From Bacteroidota bacterium (GTDB lineage Bacteria > Bacteroidota > Bacteroidia > Chitinophagales > Saprospiraceae), in contig BJGN01000001.1 in the NCBI GenBank assembly GCA_014190515.1, forward strand, positions 1,630 to 65,629: DNA of 64,000 bases, read 5' to 3'. Both the position numbers and the translations under genes were made by a program. Of this stretch, positions 19,506 to 27,613 are shown one piece after another. Within the stretch, counting starts at the first letter, position 1, and each line of letters starts with the position of its first letter. The notes beneath the pieces were generated by a model. The model was not told the origin of the DNA. It saw only the letters and a program-made list of their open reading frames with translations, and searched no databases.

Positions 19506-20597
19506 ATGGAAAAGCCAAAAATAGGTATAAGTATAGGTGATATCAATGGTATTGGACTTGAGGTCATTATCAAAACCATTTCAGATCCTCGCATTATAAA
19601 TTTATGCACTCCCGTGGTATATGGGTCTGCAAAAGTTTTGTCTTACCATAAAAACATCACAGAACTTGAATTTCCATTTCAACAAGTGCGAAACGGGGAA
19701 AAATTCCAACCTAACGCAGTAAATGTGGTCAATTGTTGGCAGGAAAGTGTAAATATTAACTTAGGCCAAATCACGGAAGAAGGAGGTATTTATGCTATTA
19801 AATCGTTGGCAGGTGCGGTTAAAGAGTTAAAAGATGGACAAATTGATGGTTTGATAACTGCCCCCATAAATAAGGAAACCATGGAGTTAGCCAAATTTGG
19901 TTTTCCCGGACATACTGAATATCTTACCCATGCTTTCGGTCAGTCTGAAAGTCTTATGTTCATGGTTCAAGATAATTTACGGGTAGGACTGGTAACAAAT
20001 CACCTACCTTTAAACAAAGTGGCCACCTCTCTTACGAAGAATCAAATCATCAAAAAAATCCATTTGATGGAGGCCTCACTCCAGCAAGATTTTGGAATAG
20101 ACAAGGCTACTATAGCTGTACTTGGATTAAATCCGCATGCAGGTGATGGAGGTGCCATAGGAAATGAAGAAAATGATATCATCAGACCTGCCATCATTGA
20201 GTGTAAGAAAAATGGCACCTTGGTGTTTGGTCCTTTTCCAGCTGACGGATTTTTTGGCTCTGGTAATTATGCAAAATATGACGCCATATTAGCCATGTAC
20301 CACGATCAGGGTTTAATACCTTTTAAACTGCTATCTTTCGGCGGAGGGACTAACTTCACTGCTGGCCTGCCTTTTGTGAGAACTTCGCCTGACCATGGCA
20401 CTGCCTTTGAGATTGCGGGAAAAAATGTGGCAGATCCCAGTTCATTTAGAACTGCTCTTTTTACTTGTATCGATTTAGTTCGTTCACGTCAACAGTTTAA
20501 ATTAGATCATGCTAATCCTTTGGTGCGAAGGCATAAAGCAAGTATTCAAAATCCGGCAAGTAACGAAGAAGAAGAAATCATCGAAGATTTAGATTAA
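19506..20597 (+). CDS. pdxA: 4-hydroxythreonine-4-phosphate dehydrogenase
   Basis: GDINGIGLEV, GFPGHTEYL, NPHAGDGG, MYHDQGLIPFK, RTSPDHGTAF. Confidence 0.9.
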   Translation: MEKPKIGISIGDINGIGLEVIIKTISDPRIINLCTPVVYGSAKVLSYHKNITELEFPFQQVRNGEKFQPNAVNVVNCWQESVNINLGQITEEGGIYAIKSLAGAVKELKDGQIDGLITAPINKETMELAKFGFPGHTEYLTHAFGQSESLMFMVQDNLRVGLVTNHLPLNKVATSLTKNQIIKKIHLMEASLQQDFGIDKATIAVLGLNPHAGDGGAIGNEENDIIRPAIIECKKNGTLVFGPFPADGFFGSGNYAKYDAILAMYHDQGLIPFKLLSFGGGTNFTAGLPFVRTSPDHGTAFEIAGKNVADPSSFRTALFTCIDLVRSRQQFKLDHANPLVRRHKASIQNPASNEEEEIIEDLD

Positions 20598-21220
20598 TGC
20601 TAAAGCAAATGGTTCATAAACGATTCATAATGGTTGCTTCCATTGTGACGTTCATTTTATTACTAGATCAGGGACTCAAGATTTGGGTAAAAACCCATCT
20701 TACTTATGGTGAAGAATTTCCATTGTTTGGCTGGTCATGGATTTCCATACATTTCGTTGAAAACAACGGCATGGCTTTTGGCTTTGCCCTTCAAGGAGTG
20801 TATGGAAAACTCTTACTAAGCACTTTTAGAATCATCGCTGTATCGTTCTTACTATTTTTTGTCCACCGGCTCATCGTGGAAAAAGCAAAACTATTGGTAC
20901 TTATTAGTTTTAGCCTTATTTTATCAGGAGCCCTTGGAAATATTTTAGATAGTGCGTTTTATGGAATTATTTTCTCTGAATCATATTATCACGGGGATGT
21001 TGCAGAAGCATTCCCTGAAAATGGCGGATACTCTGGATTTTTACGTGGGAAAGTAGTAGATATGCTACACATCCCCTATTTCAAACCCGTATTTAATATT
21101 GCTGATGTTGCCATTACATTAGGTGTAATATTCATTATTTTTAGTTACAGACAATTTTTCCAGCTTGAAGACAATCAGGCCGACGAACAAAAAGAAGTAA
21201 GAGGCAATTTTGAAGGTTAA
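20597..21220 (+). CDS. lspA: Lipoprotein signal peptidase (signal peptidase II)
   Basis: LDQGLKIWV, ENNGMAFG, VVDMLH, FNIADVAITLG. Four TM segments. TAATG overlap with pdxA. Confidence 0.9.
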   Translation: MLKQMVHKRFIMVASIVTFILLLDQGLKIWVKTHLTYGEEFPLFGWSWISIHFVENNGMAFGFALQGVYGKLLLSTFRIIAVSFLLFFVHRLIVEKAKLLVLISFSLILSGALGNILDSAFYGIIFSESYYHGDVAEAFPENGGYSGFLRGKVVDMLHIPYFKPVFNIADVAITLGVIFIIFSYRQFFQLEDNQADEQKEVRGNFEG

Positions 21221-21250
21221 CCAACAAAATCGCCCCTATCTTTTGATGTT

Positions 21251-21568
21251 TTAATTCTCCGCTTGCAGAAACGACTTAATCGCCTGTACTGCTCTATCTA
21301 CCTTTGTATAGTCGATGCTATATTGCACAAACTTACCCTCCCTGTTTGTATGTACAACATCAGCATTCCTTAGAACGCTTAAGTGCTGAGAGGTGATAGA
21401 TTGCTCCAAGTCGAGCGTGTTGTAAATTTTGTTTACATTTATTTCATCATTTTGATCAATAAATGACAAAATTTTGATGCGTAAAGGATGGGCGAGTGCC
21501 CTCAAGATGTCGGTAGAGTTATCTAACCGCTCTTGGTTGAAGTTGATTTTTTCTTTTACTTTTCTCAT
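21251..21568 (-). CDS. ArsR/SmtB-family winged-helix regulator, paralog 1 (no Cys)
   Basis: LRALAHPLRIKILSFI plus recognition helix LEQSITSQHLSVLRNADVV and wing REGKFVQYSI. 105 aa, no cysteine. Confidence 0.8.
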   Translation of the reverse strand: MRKVKEKINFNQERLDNSTDILRALAHPLRIKILSFIDQNDEINVNKIYNTLDLEQSITSQHLSVLRNADVVHTNREGKFVQYSIDYTKVDRAVQAIKSFLQAEN

Positions 21569-21621
21569 AGTTCTAAAAATTTAAAATAGAAGTGTGTGCA
21601 TTTCACTTTTTTTTAAGATTT

Positions 21622-21662
21622 GGGAAAATGCCGCAACTGAGGGTTTTTGCAGGCATTTTCCC
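21622..21662. other. Strong stem-loop / palindrome GGGAAAATGCC-N19-GGCATTTTCCC between ArsR paralogs 2 and 1
   Basis: Perfect 11-bp arms read directly. The stem can extend by TGC/GCA with one bulge. There is no U-tract after it in the direction of transcription. Confidence 0.6.
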
Positions 21663-21712
21663 AGAGGGGGGTAACTTGAGACATACCAAATTAACTTTGA
21701 AAAATGTGGGTC

Positions 21713-22051
21713 TTACCCAGCTAACTCATCCACTAAACGTGCAATCTGCTCTAAACGATTTTTGTCAAGGGAGTAATGAATAAACTTCCCTTGTCTGGTA
21801 GTTTCAACAACACCTACGCGACGTAAAATAGCTAAGTGTTGTGATGCTACTGATTGTTCTAAGCGCAATTTAACGTAAAGATCAGTCACCGTCATTTTAC
21901 CATGCTCATCCAGTTGATCAATTACACGCTGTCTTAACTTGTGATTGATCGCGCGTAAAACCAAAACGGCTTTGCGCAACTCTGCATAATCTAATGGAAT
22001 GTCAGATTGTCCTTTTTTAAGGATGATAGTCTCGTTTTTTTGCTTTCTCAT
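21713..22051 (-). CDS. ArsR/SmtB-family winged-helix regulator, paralog 2 (no Cys)
   Basis: LRAINHKLRQRVIDQL, LEQSVASQHLAILRRVGVV, RQGKFIHYSL. 112 aa. Confidence 0.8.
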   Translation of the reverse strand: MRKQKNETIILKKGQSDIPLDYAELRKAVLVLRAINHKLRQRVIDQLDEHGKMTVTDLYVKLRLEQSVASQHLAILRRVGVVETTRQGKFIHYSLDKNRLEQIARLVDELAG

Positions 22052-22155
22052 TTAGCCTTTTTTAAAAAATAAGTAAAATAACACAGCTTCAAAAAATCAA
22101 ATACCGTACCAATTTTCCTGAATGGACAGACTAAGTGATTTTTATATATTAAGAA

Positions 22156-22545
22156 TTACTGCCAGAAGAATTGGCGCTTGCGTCCCTGTGGTTCAAACGC
22201 CGCCATTAAACTCTCATTTTGAATGGATTCCAATTGTACCAGTGATTGTATATGATACAATTTCTCCACATTCAAAAAATAAAATATGTATTTTCCCTGC
22301 CGTTCCGTTTGTACAACACCAGATTGCCTTAAAACAGCCAAATGTTGAGAAACAGCAGATTGGTCAAGATTCATTTCGTTACAAATATCTGTAACAACAA
22401 TTTTTTTCCCTTGTCCAATGATTTCAATGATACGTTGGCGAACTTTATGATTTACCGAACGCAATAAAATTAAAGTTTTTCGAATACCAGCATAATCGAG
22501 GGGGAAATTTAGCTGTCCTTCTTTTTCTAAAATTTTGTTTTTCAT
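22156..22545 (-). CDS. ArsR/SmtB-family winged-helix regulator, paralog 3 (C-terminal tail extension)
   Basis: LRSVNHKVRQRIIEII, LDQSAVSQHLAVLRQSGVV, RQGKYIFYFL. By eye, roughly half of the core positions are identical to paralog 2. 129 aa with one Cys. Confidence 0.75.
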   Translation of the reverse strand: MKNKILEKEGQLNFPLDYAGIRKTLILLRSVNHKVRQRIIEIIGQGKKIVVTDICNEMNLDQSAVSQHLAVLRQSGVVQTERQGKYIFYFLNVEKLYHIQSLVQLESIQNESLMAAFEPQGRKRQFFWQ

Positions 22546-22709
22546 CGTTTTAATTTAACCTGTGATGGAATCTTACGCTTTCGCAACTGCTATATTACAA
22601 ATACTGTACCTTTTTAATGTTTGGGGGTAAAAATGTACAACAATATGTAATATTATTTAAAGCCCAAATATATAATTTTATTATATATAATGACTTTAAT
22701 ATATTTACT

Positions 22710-23393
22710 TCAATGGTTTATTTTCGCGGTGGTAATGTTAGGTGGCTTAAGATAAATAGGCTCACCATGCACCAAATCGGAAAAATCACCCTTTCTATAT
22801 TTTTCGTCACCGAGCTTAGCAAATACAGACCAGTCCATACTTGTTGAGGTCCAGACTAAGTTTTTCTTTTCTTCATACATACTTTTTGCTTTTGACATAC
22901 CATCGCCTGCAAAAACCAGTACCTGATCATTATATGCATTAAATGAATCAGCATTTAATATCAATGCGTGATTTGCACCTATTTCATTACCCTCTTGATT
23001 ATATAAACCAATATAAACCTCCATTCTCCTCGCGTCAGTCATACCTACATATAATGCATCATTTATTTGGTTATATTTTAATGCACTTAAGGCTAAAATT
23101 TTTAGGGTAGGAATAGCCATAATCGGAATATTCTGTGCAAAAGCTATGCCTTTAGCTGTACTGACCCCTACTCTTAAAGAAGTGTAAGAGCCCGGTCCCA
23201 TACTGATGAATATACCTTCTAAATCCTTTATATTTAAAGACACCTTTTCTAAGCAACTTTCAATCATTCTGGTGAGTACCGCAGCATGGGAAAAAGCCTC
23301 TGTGTGCTGAACGACGGATATTACCTCTCCATTTTCACACAACAAAACAGTACAATATTCAGATGATGATTCAATACCAAGTAAAAGTGCCAT
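22710..23393 (-). CDS. tsaB: tRNA N6-threonylcarbamoyladenosine biosynthesis protein TsaB
   Basis: LLGIESSSEYCTVLL and GPGSYTSLRVGVSTAKGIAF; 227 aa. Confidence 0.85.
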   Translation of the reverse strand: MALLLGIESSSEYCTVLLCENGEVISVVQHTEAFSHAAVLTRMIESCLEKVSLNIKDLEGIFISMGPGSYTSLRVGVSTAKGIAFAQNIPIMAIPTLKILALSALKYNQINDALYVGMTDARRMEVYIGLYNQEGNEIGANHALILNADSFNAYNDQVLVFAGDGMSKAKSMYEEKKNLVWTSTSMDWSVFAKLGDEKYRKGDFSDLVHGEPIYLKPPNITTAKINH

Positions 23394-23421
23394 GCTGTTA
23401 GTATTTTTTATATAAGCAAAA

Positions 23422-23429
23422 CAAAGATA
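23422..23429 (-). promoter_or_regulatory. -7 type promoter motif TATCTTTG on the minus strand
   Basis: Plus strand reads CAAAGATA, 28 nt upstream of the tsaB start. Confidence 0.4.
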
Positions 23430-23552
23430 TAAAGAAAAATTTAATTTATACTGTAAGCGGTATATTTTTTTTAGGAAACGGTCATTTTTTATTATTTATC
23501 GGTAAATAAATTCAAAAAATAAATACAAATAAAGTTTTACCATGGAAAATCG

Positions 23553-23560
23553 TACTTTTG
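23553..23560 (+). promoter_or_regulatory. -7 type promoter motif TACTTTTG
   Basis: Exact TAnnTTTG match 44 nt upstream of the prfA ATG. Confidence 0.45.
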
Positions 23561-23603
23561 CGTTTTGAATATAACACCAGATTATTAAGTTGGATATCGC
23601 TTT

Positions 23604-24674
23604 ATGATTGATAAATTAACCGCCATTTATAGCAGGTATGAGCAATTAGAGGAACAATTAGGAAATCCTGATTTAGTCTCCGACCTTTCCCGATATAAAA
23701 AAGTAAACAAAGAATATAAAGATCTTAAACCTTTAATTGAATGCTATTTGATATATGCCGATATTATTGGCAATATCAATACATCTCAAGAAATGTTAAA
23801 AGATAATGATTTTGATATGCGCCAAATGGCCCATGAGGAATTATCGGTTCTTCTACCTCAAAAGTTAGCACTGGAGGAGCAAATTAAAATGCTGCTTATT
23901 CCAAAAGATCCTGCAGACAGCAAAAATGTTATTCTCGAAATTCGCTCGGGTACAGGTGGGGACGAAGCGGCCATTTTTGCTTCAGATCTCTTTCGCATGT
24001 ACTCAAGATATATGGAAAATAAAGGTTGGAAAATAGAAGTTCTTGATGTAACTGAAGGGGTTTTAGGAGGTTATTCCAAGATAGTTCTCGAAATACAGGG
24101 CGATGAAGTGTATGGCCATCTGAAATTCGAATCTGGAGCACATAGAGTTCAGCGGGTTCCCAAAACAGAGTCTCAGGGACGCGTTCACACCTCAGCGGCA
24201 ACCGTTGCCATTATTCCTGTATGGGAAGACGAAGAAATTAATATAAATCGTGCCGATCTGAAAATTGACACTTTTCGTGCCAGTGGTGCGGGTGGTCAGC
24301 ATGTTAATAAAACAGAATCGGCTATTAGAATTACTCACCTCCCAACAGGTATAGTTTCTGAAAGTCAAGATGGTCGTTCCCAACATCAAAACAAGGAAAT
24401 TGCCATGCAAAAACTGTATCAGCGTATTCTCGATCAACAAACTGCAGCAAAACAGTCTGAACTTGCCGCTCAACGGAAAAGTCTGGTAGGTAGCGGCGAT
24501 CGCTCCGAAAAAATCAGAACCTATAATTATCCCCAGAATCGTTGTACAGATCATCGTATAAATTTAACGCTTTACAATCTGGACCAGATTATGGACGGAC
24601 AAATTGACGGCATCATTGAAGCACTCCAAATGGCTGAAAATGCACGAATATTAGAAGGTTCTGAGAACGGATAA
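23604..24674 (+). CDS. prfA: Peptide chain release factor 1
   Basis: RF1-type PxT tripeptide in RVQRVPKTESQGRVHTS; GGQ in SGAGGQHVNKTESA. 356 aa. Confidence 0.95.
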   Translation: MIDKLTAIYSRYEQLEEQLGNPDLVSDLSRYKKVNKEYKDLKPLIECYLIYADIIGNINTSQEMLKDNDFDMRQMAHEELSVLLPQKLALEEQIKMLLIPKDPADSKNVILEIRSGTGGDEAAIFASDLFRMYSRYMENKGWKIEVLDVTEGVLGGYSKIVLEIQGDEVYGHLKFESGAHRVQRVPKTESQGRVHTSAATVAIIPVWEDEEININRADLKIDTFRASGAGGQHVNKTESAIRITHLPTGIVSESQDGRSQHQNKEIAMQKLYQRILDQQTAAKQSELAAQRKSLVGSGDRSEKIRTYNYPQNRCTDHRINLTLYNLDQIMDGQIDGIIEALQMAENARILEGSENG

Positions 24675-24722
24675 CACGCCTTTCTGTCCAGTTTTATTTA
24701 TTCAAATTGCACTATTTAGGAC

Positions 24723-24730
24723 TATCTTTG
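24723..24730 (+). promoter_or_regulatory. -7 type promoter motif TATCTTTG
   Basis: Exact TAnnTTTG match 26 nt upstream of the ATG at 24756. Confidence 0.45.
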
Positions 24731-24755
24731 AACATTGGTTTCAAAATGGTTCTCT

Positions 24756-26255
24756 ATGTCTAATATTCGCATTATACTTTTATTTATTTTTTGCAACAGT
24801 TGTGATGTAGGAAAGGAAATCAATTTCTCAGACCCTTCCCCTGAATTGGCTTTTCCTCTTGGAAATGCTGTTTTTGAGCCAGCTTCCTTTTTATTGAACC
24901 TTTCATTACCCGCTACATTTTCTACCGATGCGAATGGATTTATACATTTCTCCTATTCTACGGTTTTACAAGAAGTAAGCGCCCTACAGTTTACAGGCGA
25001 AATAGACGCCTTATTCCCCTCTATTATTCCAATAAATCAAAATAATTTATTTCTCCCTATTTCCTTACCTAATGGCATAGATCCTGTCTCCGTTCAATTT
25101 GGAGGAGGTGATTTGCAATGGTTTTTTGAAAATTCCTTCAATGAACCCATAGACATTACCCTTAAACTACCTTTTGCTGATTCTTTAAATAACCAGCTTT
25201 TCCAAACTATATCTTTACCCGCCTATAATGGCACCGGACTGAAACCCTCCTCTACCAATGCGCTGAATCCACTGCCTCTGCCAGGCAAATTTCTACTTAT
25301 AAAAGATAAAAAAATCAGTCTTTCCTACGAAGCAAAAGGGAAGTCCGGAAAATTATACACACTAAGTAATGCAGCCATCAGGTTGTCAAAACCTACCTGG
25401 AAGGTCATAAAAGCCTCTTTCAATCAATATGAACTGGATTTTGGAACCATAGAAAAATCCCTCGATTTTCTCAAACCATTCTACGCCAGTGATTTAAACT
25501 TTGACCGCCCCGAAGTTCAGCTATTCTTTGAACATAATTTTCTCATCCCCATTCAATTTTCTATTCCATCTATTAATATAAGTCTTCCCGATGGGAAAAA
25601 GGAGCCACTCATCGCTTTTAATAATAACCAAATATTCAATTTAGGAATATCTACCTCCTCAAATCTGATGAGACGCGATTCTGCCGTATCCATCACCTAC
25701 CCAAATCCCATCAAAACGATATTTATTAAAAAAGCAACGGCTCTTAACTTTCGTCTTACAGCAGGGCTTAATACCAAAAGTTTACCCAATGGAGTGGGGT
25801 CAATCCACCGAAATGATCAATTAAAAATTTCTGCTAAAGTAAATATTCCTTTAGCCGGGCAATTAAGAAACTACCCATTGTCTGACACTATTCCTTTGAA
25901 TTTAGGTTTGCTGGAAAGAGTGAACCAGGGAACGGTAAGAATCATATCAACCAACTCCATCCCCATGTCTATTTATGTGCAATGCTACTTTATGGATGAC
26001 AAAGGAAATAAACTAGATTCATTAATGACGGCAGGGCCTGGCATAATATCAAACGCAAAAACTTCTTCCTCCCTAAATCCTACGGCAGAAATTTTCGATT
26101 TTCCCGTTTCTAAAAGTCAAATGAAGGCTTTACGAGCGTCAAATCGCTTCATCATAAACGCATTTCTCAGTACATTAAAAAGCGAAAAAGAATTTATTGA
26201 AATAAAAAAGGGGCAGCAATTATCTATGAAACTAAGTTTACAAGCAACCTATTAA
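24756..26255 (+). CDS. Hypothetical lipoprotein (about 499 aa)
   Basis: The ATG at 24756 gives MSNIRIILLFIFCNSCD, a signal peptide plus lipobox Cys. The track start at 24735 is a TTG that overlaps the promoter motif. No recognisable catalytic motif. Confidence 0.6.
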   Translation: MSNIRIILLFIFCNSCDVGKEINFSDPSPELAFPLGNAVFEPASFLLNLSLPATFSTDANGFIHFSYSTVLQEVSALQFTGEIDALFPSIIPINQNNLFLPISLPNGIDPVSVQFGGGDLQWFFENSFNEPIDITLKLPFADSLNNQLFQTISLPAYNGTGLKPSSTNALNPLPLPGKFLLIKDKKISLSYEAKGKSGKLYTLSNAAIRLSKPTWKVIKASFNQYELDFGTIEKSLDFLKPFYASDLNFDRPEVQLFFEHNFLIPIQFSIPSINISLPDGKKEPLIAFNNNQIFNLGISTSSNLMRRDSAVSITYPNPIKTIFIKKATALNFRLTAGLNTKSLPNGVGSIHRNDQLKISAKVNIPLAGQLRNYPLSDTIPLNLGLLERVNQGTVRIISTNSIPMSIYVQCYFMDDKGNKLDSLMTAGPGIISNAKTSSSLNPTAEIFDFPVSKSQMKALRASNRFIINAFLSTLKSEKEFIEIKKGQQLSMKLSLQATY

Positions 26256-26266
26256 GCCTCTTTCTC

Positions 26267-27613
26267 ATGATTAAAAAACAAAGCATACTCCTATCTTTAA
26301 TCTTTTCACTCAGTTTTCACTCCCCAGTTTTCAGCCAATATTCGTTAGCTTTAAATCTGGTTCCTGAAAAATGGCAAGGAAACTTACTTAATCCGGCAAA
26401 TTTTCCGACGGATAAAAATCTTGTTTTATGCCTTCCACACCTTCAGGGAGGTATTCAATGGTCGCCCTTTTCATTGTACAAATCTTCATCAAAAGATTCC
26501 CTAAACCATATTGACATAGATCTTAACAGCGCCATTCAATCTATGGACACAATAAACAGGATTAACCTTGGAACACAAATAAATACTTTTTCCATTGGAT
26601 TTAAAGCGGGAGAAAATCTTTGGATTGCCTTAGGTCATAGATTTGTAGGTAGAGCAATGATTCAATTTCCAAAATCATTGGCTCTTCTTGCTCATGAAGG
26701 TAACAAACCCTTTATTGGTGAGAACGTAATTTTATCATCCCGTCTTGACGCCTTAGCTTATCAAGAGCTTTTTTTACAAATGGGTTTCAGATTAAAAACG
26801 GATCCTGCTATTAGCTGGGGTTTTAAAATTAAAGTCCTCGACGGATTAACTGGTATAAAAACGATAGCTGGTGAAGCTAGTATTTATACTCATCCGGAAG
26901 ATTATTCATTAACCGGAAAAATAAATTACTTAGTAAATACAGCCCCCATAAATACACGCCAACCTTTCGCAAATTTAGGTGCTGCCATTGATATTGGGTT
27001 TCAATATCAATCTGATAAAGGGTCATTTTCAGGAGCAATTGTCGATATAGGAACTGTTTTTTGGAAAAATGCCCGGCAAATATCATTGAATAAATCCGTT
27101 ACTTTTGAAGGATTGCCCCTATTGGACGCGGGTCAATCTATTGATGCTAATTTTGATAAATGGGTTGATTCAATTGAGAAACAACTTACTCCTTTTAGTG
27201 AGAAAATTTCTTACGCCAGTCATTTGCCTGCTAAATTGTTTCTGCATGGACGATACTCTATATCCCGGAGCAGCCATTTAAACGGATATTTATTCCTTGA
27301 AAAATACAAAAAGATCCTTCATGCCACCGCAGGAGTTGGTTACCTTTTGACATTAAACCCGTTATTAGATGTGGGATGTAATTTACAATATCACTTGAAA
27401 GGGCAAGTACAGTTGAGTAATCATATTGGCATTAATATCGGGAATATAGAATGTTTCGCTTCCCTGGAAAACTGGAATTCTTTGCTCAGTGTAGCAAAAA
27501 AAACACAGGGTATTAATGGGCAATTTGGGTTAAACTATATAATTAAGTCGAGTATATCGTCTAATCAACACCCAAGATCTAAAATGAATGAAAAAAAGTT
27601 TTTCAGGAAATAG
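26267..27613 (+). CDS. Hypothetical outer-membrane protein, probable beta-barrel
   Basis: Signal peptide MIKKQSILLSLIFSLSFHSPVFSQ, an early NLLNPANFP motif reminiscent of Bacteroidota OM barrel families (PorP/SprF or DUF5723-like), and alternating hydrophobic strands. 11 nt after the lipoprotein gene. Confidence 0.5.
   Translation: MIKKQSILLSLIFSLSFHSPVFSQYSLALNLVPEKWQGNLLNPANFPTDKNLVLCLPHLQGGIQWSPFSLYKSSSKDSLNHIDIDLNSAIQSMDTINRINLGTQINTFSIGFKAGENLWIALGHRFVGRAMIQFPKSLALLAHEGNKPFIGENVILSSRLDALAYQELFLQMGFRLKTDPAISWGFKIKVLDGLTGIKTIAGEASIYTHPEDYSLTGKINYLVNTAPINTRQPFANLGAAIDIGFQYQSDKGSFSGAIVDIGTVFWKNARQISLNKSVTFEGLPLLDAGQSIDANFDKWVDSIEKQLTPFSEKISYASHLPAKLFLHGRYSISRSSHLNGYLFLEKYKKILHATAGVGYLLTLNPLLDVGCNLQYHLKGQVQLSNHIGINIGNIECFASLENWNSLLSVAKKTQGINGQFGLNYIIKSSISSNQHPRSKMNEKKFFRK

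Noticed and set aside
21592-22394. Plus-strand ORFs 21592-21783 and 22122-22394 in the ArsR paralog region
   Set aside because: They overlap the wHTH genes antisense, or are built across the hairpin-containing spacer. The translations are proline/arginine-rich nonsense, whereas the minus-strand genes have clear ArsR motifs.
22617-22847. 76-aa plus-strand ORF spanning the ArsR-3 upstream spacer and the tsaB 3' end
   Set aside because: It is antisense to tsaB for most of its length, with an AT-rich low-complexity translation and no promoter motif in front.
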